DNA of 64,000 nt, from contig CBFDEM010000057.1 in assembly GCA_965603825.1 (NCBI GenBank), positions 496,001 to 560,000 on the forward strand, in the 5' to 3' direction. The DNA comes from Blepharisma stoltei ATCC 30299 (taxonomy: Eukaryota > Protista > Ciliophora). Under the pieces are notes generated by a model, which searched no databases, was not told where the DNA came from, and worked only from the letters and a program-made list of their open reading frames with translations. The stretch's first letter is position 1, and every line of letters starts with the position of its first letter. The position numbers were made by a program, and so were the translations under genes. This document shows, piece by piece, positions 56,763-64,000 of this stretch.

Positions 56763-59700
56763 ATGAAAAAGCTAATTCTTTTTCTTTTCATCGCAGTTTG
56801 GCAGGCAAATTCCAAAAGTCCACCAGAGCCAGTGTGCGATCAAAATAATGGCAACCTAAAAATTGGCGGAAATTGTGTAAGCTGCTCTGATGGTTGTAAA
56901 ACCTGCTCTGGGAATGCATTCTGATATCAATGCTCCTCATGCTTCTCAGGCTATGAACTACTGAACAATCTTTGTTTGCCAAAAGCTCACTTACAATCTA
57001 CTTCATTTGAGTTCAACAGTCAAACTAATCTTGGCATGGAGCAAAACCAAATCTTTCAAGTAGGATCAAATAGCAATAATAAGTACCCAGACTATGATGC
57101 AAATGACCCATATCCTACTTTTCAGAGAGGTTACTATTATACTAATCTCTCCTACATGACTTCCGATAAGTTTAATTTGAGTCCTTGGTTTTCTAACTCT
57201 TTCTGAATCAAACCGTACTCAGCTGGAAATATTTTTCTCAAAAAAGACACAAGCAGCGCTCTTCTAAGTCTCTCAATATCTTCAAGCAACGTACTTGCTT
57301 ATAGCATCAAATTAGCACATGGAGTCACCTTAAGTTTGCATTATTCAACAATAAATAGCGTTCTTAATGTATGGAATCAGATCGCCATTACTTGTGATTT
57401 AGACATGGGTCAATGAGTTACGAAAATTCAGCTCATTCATAATGGAGAAGTTATAACTGAATCCCAAGCCACCACACAAGATTGGTATAATGATCCTCCA
57501 ATAGCAATAATTGGAAATGACCCCAAAGGAAGCCAAACCTTTACTGGATTTATATGAAGTTGAAAATATTATGCTAATTCAACTTTGTGACATGCCGATT
57601 ATCAAATTTCAACCTACTGTGCATCAGGGTGTTTGTTTTGCTCTGAAGATTTTACTTGTCCTGATTATTGCGATTTTGGTCAATTCAATGAAAATGGAGT
57701 ATGTGTTGATTGCTTAAGTGAGTGCACGTATGGCTGCAGAACAGGAGAGAGGTGCAATATATGTGAGACTAAAGAGTGCTACTCATGCAGTGATTCTTTT
57801 GTCTGTGATACTTGTGTAACCAGGGGAAATTTGACTAACAAAGTATGTGAGTGCAATTTAAACTCATTTTTTAATGAGACAACAAAAATTTGTGACATAT
57901 GTGACAACAGCTATTGCAGTCAATGCTTGACTGTAAATTATTTTGACTGCAAAGTTTGTGGGCCTAATTATAAACTAATAGACACCGTCTGCTTGGTTGA
58001 TACTCCGTCAGGCTGGGATAATTCTAAAACCAAGCCTTATGTAGCATATGATATCCCTTTCTGAACAGGCGCTTATCAGGGAGAGTTCGGGATTTTTGAG
58101 ACAGGAGAAGATAAAACTCGTTATGGTCCATTTAATATTCTAGAAGAATTAATGGATCCAATCCCAATAGAAAATAGAGGTTTGTATTTTTCTAATGGAA
58201 ATTTTTTGAATTCTAGCCCAATCTACCTGCCTCATAGTTTTACTATGATAATCTGCATCAATCCCAAAAATGGAGATTTTTTAGAAAAAGAAAGCATGAG
58301 CATCAATTCTAATGGCAAGGCGAGCATTTATCTCCAAGACCCTCTGAACAATTTGGTGCATATTGTTACTCATAGCGAATTTCCACTTAAGGATTGAACT
58401 TATTTTACTTTAGTGTTTTCTTATTTTAACTCAACCACAACGCTGTCAGCATACTCTAATGGAAATCTGCTATTCTTGCATTCCTATTATGCATGGATAT
58501 ATAGAGATTTCGCATTATCTTCTATGCATCTGGGAAAGAGTCAGGACAGTGTCTATGATGGTTTTATTTACATATATCTGGAGATTATTGGACAAATAAG
58601 TGATATAGTAAGCTATGTAGAAAATGAAGCCAGTTTAAACCAATTACCGTCCTGTGATTACGATTACACCTTTGATCAAAATGGAACATGTATCTCCTGC
58701 AACTCTTCATGCACTATGGGCTGTATTCGAGAATCAAACTGTAATCTGTGCCATGATCAGTTATGCCGAAACTGCTCTGGGCCTTTAGAAGAATCTACTT
58801 GTTTTAATTGCTCATGACTTTCCCACAATTTATATCCTAATGAGTGCATCTGCGACGACAATGCATTTTTAATCAAAAATAGCTCGAACTGGTATTGTGA
58901 GCATTGCGAATATAATTACTGTGCTTTTTGCAACGATAATGGACATTTTGAATGCAAAGGCTGCAAGTCAGGCGTTCTTGTGAACACTGTTTGTCTTGAT
59001 GAGTATCCGCTCGGATATTTCGAGTGCTCTGGCAAGAATTGCCTTTTAACTCAAATTAACCCGAATGAATACTTCAGAGGGAGGTATGGGATATTCATTG
59101 GCGGTTCCACAAAGGAGTTATTTCCGCATTTCAATGGCTCTGAAAAATAAGATCCAACCCCTGTCGACCGACGAGGTTTCTATTTTGACGGTGCCTTGCA
59201 ATTTTTCCAAACAGAAAATTTTACTTATATAGACCACATCTTTTCAATTGGGTGGTGGTTTTCTGTTTTAGGGACAGGTGATATTCTTGAGCACTACAAC
59301 AGACTGCTGTTAGCAAGCAATGGGTCTCTTTCAATAACTTTGCAAGACAGAGACCAAAAAGAATATGCATTCGCCACTCCAGGTATGAACTTCTCTGGCT
59401 GATCTCATCTTGCCTACACTGTATTTTATGCAAATTCTACAACTTCTCTTAAGGTGTTTCTAAACAATGAAGTATTTTTTGAGAGAGATTTTCCAAATTT
59501 ATTATTTAGAGATATTTCAAACTCTACTCTTTTCATCGGAAAAAGTCCTAATTCTAAATTCTATGGATTTATATACAATTTTAAAATGTGAAATTTTGCA
59601 AAACAGGCGTTTATCTACGAGTTTAAAAATGAAGTCTGCGGGTATGGAAAGAATGGAACCTGTCTTCCACTCTGCAGCATAGACGAATATTATCAAGAAT

Positions 59701-62700
59701 GGGAAGGATCAGAGCCATCCTGCGAAAAATGTCTTCGCTCATGCGATAAGGGCTGCATCAGAAAAGACACATGCAATATTTGCCAAGACGTTTTATGTGC
59801 TGTTTGTCCTTATTTTGGACGTACTCGCTGCAGCCAGTGTATTCCTTATGCATATGGAATAGAAAAGTGTAAGTGCATTGAAAACTATTGCTTATCTCTT
59901 GATAGATTATCATGCATTAAATTTCCATACGAAAACAGTCCAGAGAAATACTGGATCCACTTTTTACCAAATACGACAATCATAGTTGGAAAGTGAAGTG
60001 ATGATTTTGTCATAAATACAATCCATCCATGAATGATAGATGTTCACCTCCTTGATAGTGATGTCGTAACCTTCAGCAATAAGGCTTGCACCTTCAACCC
60101 TTTCTACGAAAATTTCACATGCTCATTTAATGTGCTTGTAGATCCAAGCTACGATAATAAGAATGGCCCTATCACTATCAAAGCTAAGTTCCAAGGCTAC
60201 GTCTATCCAATGACCTTTCCTGTATCTTATGATGATTTTTCTGTTTCACTTATGAGTCGCCCTGAGCGCTTGGGAGTTGTATTTTACGCAGGCTATAACT
60301 ACATCCAAATAATGCCGGACGAGGAATTATCATTTAATGATGACCTTTGCAGTGATGAAAACTGTACACATGTAGCGTGCGATGAGCTCCTTTCTCAAAA
60401 ATCGATTTCTTCGATAGGATCAAATATTGATTGTGCATATTCTGGTCCAGGTATAATTTCAATATATGTAGGGCACATCAAAGATAATATAAATTCCTTG
60501 GTTTTCAGAGAAAAAGTTTTTTATGGCTCAGGCAAGAATGAAACAAACTTAAAATATTTGACTGTGCCTTGGAAACTTCAAAAGCCGCCATTACCTGTTG
60601 CTTCAATAGTTCCATTAGCTGAAACTTGCTGCTCATGTAATGCTATTTTTGATGGTTCTAGATCTTCAACTCGATTAGGCAGCTTAAAATATCAATGAAT
60701 CTTAAACGAATTTATGCTTTATTCTGGTGATGAAACAGAGAGAATAGCAAACATAACATTGCAAAGCTGTAATATAGCTGAAGATCATAAACAATTTAAT
60801 GTTACTTTAATAGTCACCGACAATTTCGACCAACAAGCTAGTGCAAGCATGACAGTAAACATGACAAGCGATGACGTTTTAATTCGAGGGTGAAAGGATC
60901 CCAAAATCAAGACAATTATTAATGATATTTCCAAACTGATTTTTGAATATCAGAAGAGCTCCATAATCCATCTTGAGCCTAACCCAATGGTTATATGAAG
61001 CTTATTCAAAAAATCACCTACAAGAGGGCTGCTTGGAAGTAAAATCTATGAATCTACAGGAGTTGAGTTTGATTATATATTTACTCAAAAGGGAGAATAT
61101 ATAATAGTTTTGGATGCCTATTTTAATAACAACACTTATAAGATTTCAGCAAATGCTTCAATAATTGCTAACCCTCCAGTTCCTGACTTGGCCCTGAGCG
61201 GAGTCAATACTTATGTCTTTGCAAACTCAAATATTACTGTAAATTTGACAGCAAGCTATAAAGGAGAAGTTTTTGAGCTTGATAAAGGCTACGCCTTTAT
61301 TAATAAAATTGAATGCTCAAATGGCGAATTTATTGAGATTGAAGGAGATATTTTCAAGCTGAGAGTATTTAATAAAGAAAGAATATTTAATTGCAGTTTT
61401 ACAGTTGGCTTGAGGGATTATCCTGAATATGAATCTGAAGTCAGCTGGCTCTATGTGGTGAAAGGAAATATCCCAAGGGTATACATTGTTTCCATGTTTC
61501 CTTATTTAGATCCCTCAGCGCCAGTAAGACTAATTGCAGACGTAGCGGATTCCTTGAGAATGATAATTTCTTGGAGAGAAAAGAACGGCCACCCATTCAT
61601 TGCGACTACGCCAACAGATCAGCCGAGTATGACAATTCAAGAATTCAGTATGCTCTGTGGATTAGAGTACGAATTTGAAATTACTGTTATTGATCCGGTT
61701 TCTTTTGTCCCTGTCAAAGCTTCTATCAAAAGATATGTAAACTGTCCCCCTAACTCAGGGACTTTTGAGGTTGATCCTAAAGAAGGCCGAGCCTTGGATA
61801 CTCAGTTTAATGTTTTATTTGCAGGCTGGAACGATTTAGAAGGGGACGATCCCATTTCTTACCAAGTGTTTATGCAAAAAGACGAAAATATGATTGCCCT
61901 GACTCCAAAAACAACTGAAAATAAGTTCAAAATAGTGCTAGGGGAGAGGGGAAAAGTTACTCTTGTAGGGAGGATTTATGATTCACGAGGCACCTTTACC
62001 GAAGTCGAAGTTCAGGCTGACGTTAATGATTCAGGTTTTGTTGATGCTAAAGAAAGATCAGAAATATTGCTAAGCAGTGGAATGGAAACAATGGACTCAA
62101 ACATGCTCTTCTCTTCCATCCACTCAATTGCTCATTATACATTCCATAACACTCTAAACTTAAATGATATGACAAAATGCATAGAAAACCTGGAAGAGAC
62201 TTTGAATAAATGGATGAACTCTTCAATGCCAAGAATTGGGCTGTCCGAGTCCAGCACTGTCATTGATGCAGTCTCTACCTTGCTTGGAAAAGCAGAAGTC
62301 TATAAAGAAAAGCTGCTGCTTGATATTTATAGTACTCAAAATAAAGCTCTAAACCACACAAAGACTCTTGACGTCGGCACATACACCAGCATTCTTTCTA
62401 ATCTTGATAAGCTGCTTGATAGCCTTCAGGCATTATCAGCTCAAAATGAAAGCGCTTACACCGAAATGGACCTCTTCAAAATTATCAACCAAACTCACAG
62501 TGAAGGAACTCGAAAGTATTTGGGGGCAATCAATCCCAACGAAAGTCCTGTAAAATACAGAGGTGGGAAATTCAACTCTACCAGTATTTTAGCTGATGGA
62601 AAATCTTTAGCGAAGCCTATCGAATACGACTCACCGATTGAAGGTAGTGCTACTAAGTTTAATGTCAATACCTCCAAGAACTCTGACTCTACAAGCTACT

Positions 62701-64000
62701 TAGTCTCAATCCTTTCAGTTGCTCCATTCAAGAATATTTCAGATGCCCTTCTGAGCTCTGCAAGTAGCTCTCTGGCTTCTTTTGAAGACTACTCATTTAC
62801 TGAAGGATCAGTTGTTTCTTCTGACTCTGCTGTAATAAAAAAATACTCTTATTCAGATGAGCTTACATCATGATGGGTGCAGCCGAGCTTATCTAAAAAT
62901 ACTGGAACCATTATTAACCCAGTCTTATCTTCTGGGCCGGTGACTGAAGTTAGCAGTGAAGTCTCATATGAAACAGTTAATAGCAGTTTGGAACCAACTT
63001 GCACTGTTTATGATCTAAACATTGAAAAAAGCTTATTTAAGTATTGTACGACGATTTTACGAGAAAACGGATCAGCAACTTGCGTTTGCGAAGTTGTAGG
63101 GCTTTTTGGAGTGCAGCCTTATCCGACAATTTTAAACCTTGTGGAGAATAGGTTCGAAGTATGAATGGATCTTGGCATTCCAACAGTTGGCACCACTCCT
63201 GTTTGAATCATTTTTGGAATTGTTTTATTTTTATACAAAATAGGATGGAAGGATGCTAATAAATCTGATGAATATAATGGAGATACTTGAAAAACGAATT
63301 TATTAAAAGCTAATAAAATAATTCTTGGGGAAATAGGAGCATTTGTATACTTAAACAAACTATCAATAAAATGAGATGCTAAAGCTTTTGAAAAGTTGAA
63401 AAAACAGCTAGAGAAGAAGATGAAACGCTTATGCAATGCTCAGGATCTCAGTATCTTGCTTGGAGATGAAAATCTTGGAGATTGTATTGAAAATTGCATA
63501 GATAATCAAAATTTCGATGATCTGAAACGCCTAATAAGTAATTTGCTAAATCAATGTGACGAATTCAAAGCTGAAGTGAAAACCCTGAAAACGGAGTATA
63601 ATTTTATGAATAAGGTACTTGACATAGATGAAATATATGATTGGTGAAGAGCAAGGCCAGTTCTTAAAAGAATGAAAAACACTATTAACTTGGATACAGA
63701 TTCAAATATAGCCCTGTGAAACTCAGTAGATAAATTGAAACCTTATATCATTAAGTATATAAAAGACCATCATATTGAAGAGATCTGTTCTTATGAAAAA
63801 CAGAATACACCTGCAAGTGTTTCAGTAGAGGCAATAAACATTACTATTAACAATAATGAAGAATGTAATGAACAAAGTATCAATTTACAATTTGACTCAC
63901 AAAATACTCAAGAGAATAGTTTTGAGTCTACAACATTTTTATCACGATCACTAGAAATCTTGCAAACTAAAGCTATAAATAGCAAAAACTATAAGAAAAA
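56763..64000 (+). CDS. Giant cell-surface protein (3' end beyond window): signal peptide, 3x [LamG-like + furin-like Cys repeats], PKD/REJ region, GPS-like motif, TM; one in-frame TAA at 59148
   Basis: The track fragments at 56976, 57633, 58152, 58413, 59196, 60033, 61110, 62877 and 63396 share one frame joined by about 23 TGA=W. Repeated DPxPxxxRGxYF, CxxCxxxC, FDGSRS..LKYQW, PPNSGTFEVDPKEGRALDTQF..W.D, CVC. Confidence 0.8.

Overview
This is gene-dense, AT-rich eukaryotic DNA, not bacterial. Two features identify the lineage. First, TGA is read as Trp: it sits at invariant Trp positions of many conserved proteins, and genes end in TAA/TAG. Second, the introns are 15-16 nt GTA...AG. Together these point to a heterotrich ciliate macronuclear genome, most likely Blepharisma (inference from established knowledge). 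The supplied ORF track uses TGA as stop and so fragments most genes. Re-read with TGA=Trp and micro-introns removed, the window holds about 35 protein genes. They include a KDM6-like JmjC demethylase, BRAP, a TTLL, LRMDA, a PH-CAMK kinase, CFAP73/CCDC42, ALG8, RBM34, ABAT, a USP-like repeat protein, MMS2, a syntaxin, POR, a PAS/TmcB-like membrane protein, a rhomboid, an MFS gene with a decayed tandem copy, a La-DUF3223 protein, ThrRS, ALG11, FNTB, a BRCT protein, a Cet1-type triphosphatase, a SHAQKYF Myb, a C2-PX protein, FAD synthase, DLAT and a giant Cys-rich PKD/REJ surface protein. Highlights: a stand-alone 145-aa protein with PAM2 plus eIF4E-binding motifs; a candidate 14-nt intron; an operon-like run with 6- and 11-nt stop-to-start gaps; ThrRS with a C-terminal EF1B-type GST domain; a La-DUF3223 protein with a myristoylation motif; a kinase apparently starting at CUG behind a uORF; and a lone in-frame TAA in a >2400-codon ORF. 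No tRNA, rRNA, CRISPR or telomere arrays were recognised. All family assignments come from motif recognition by eye, not from searches.
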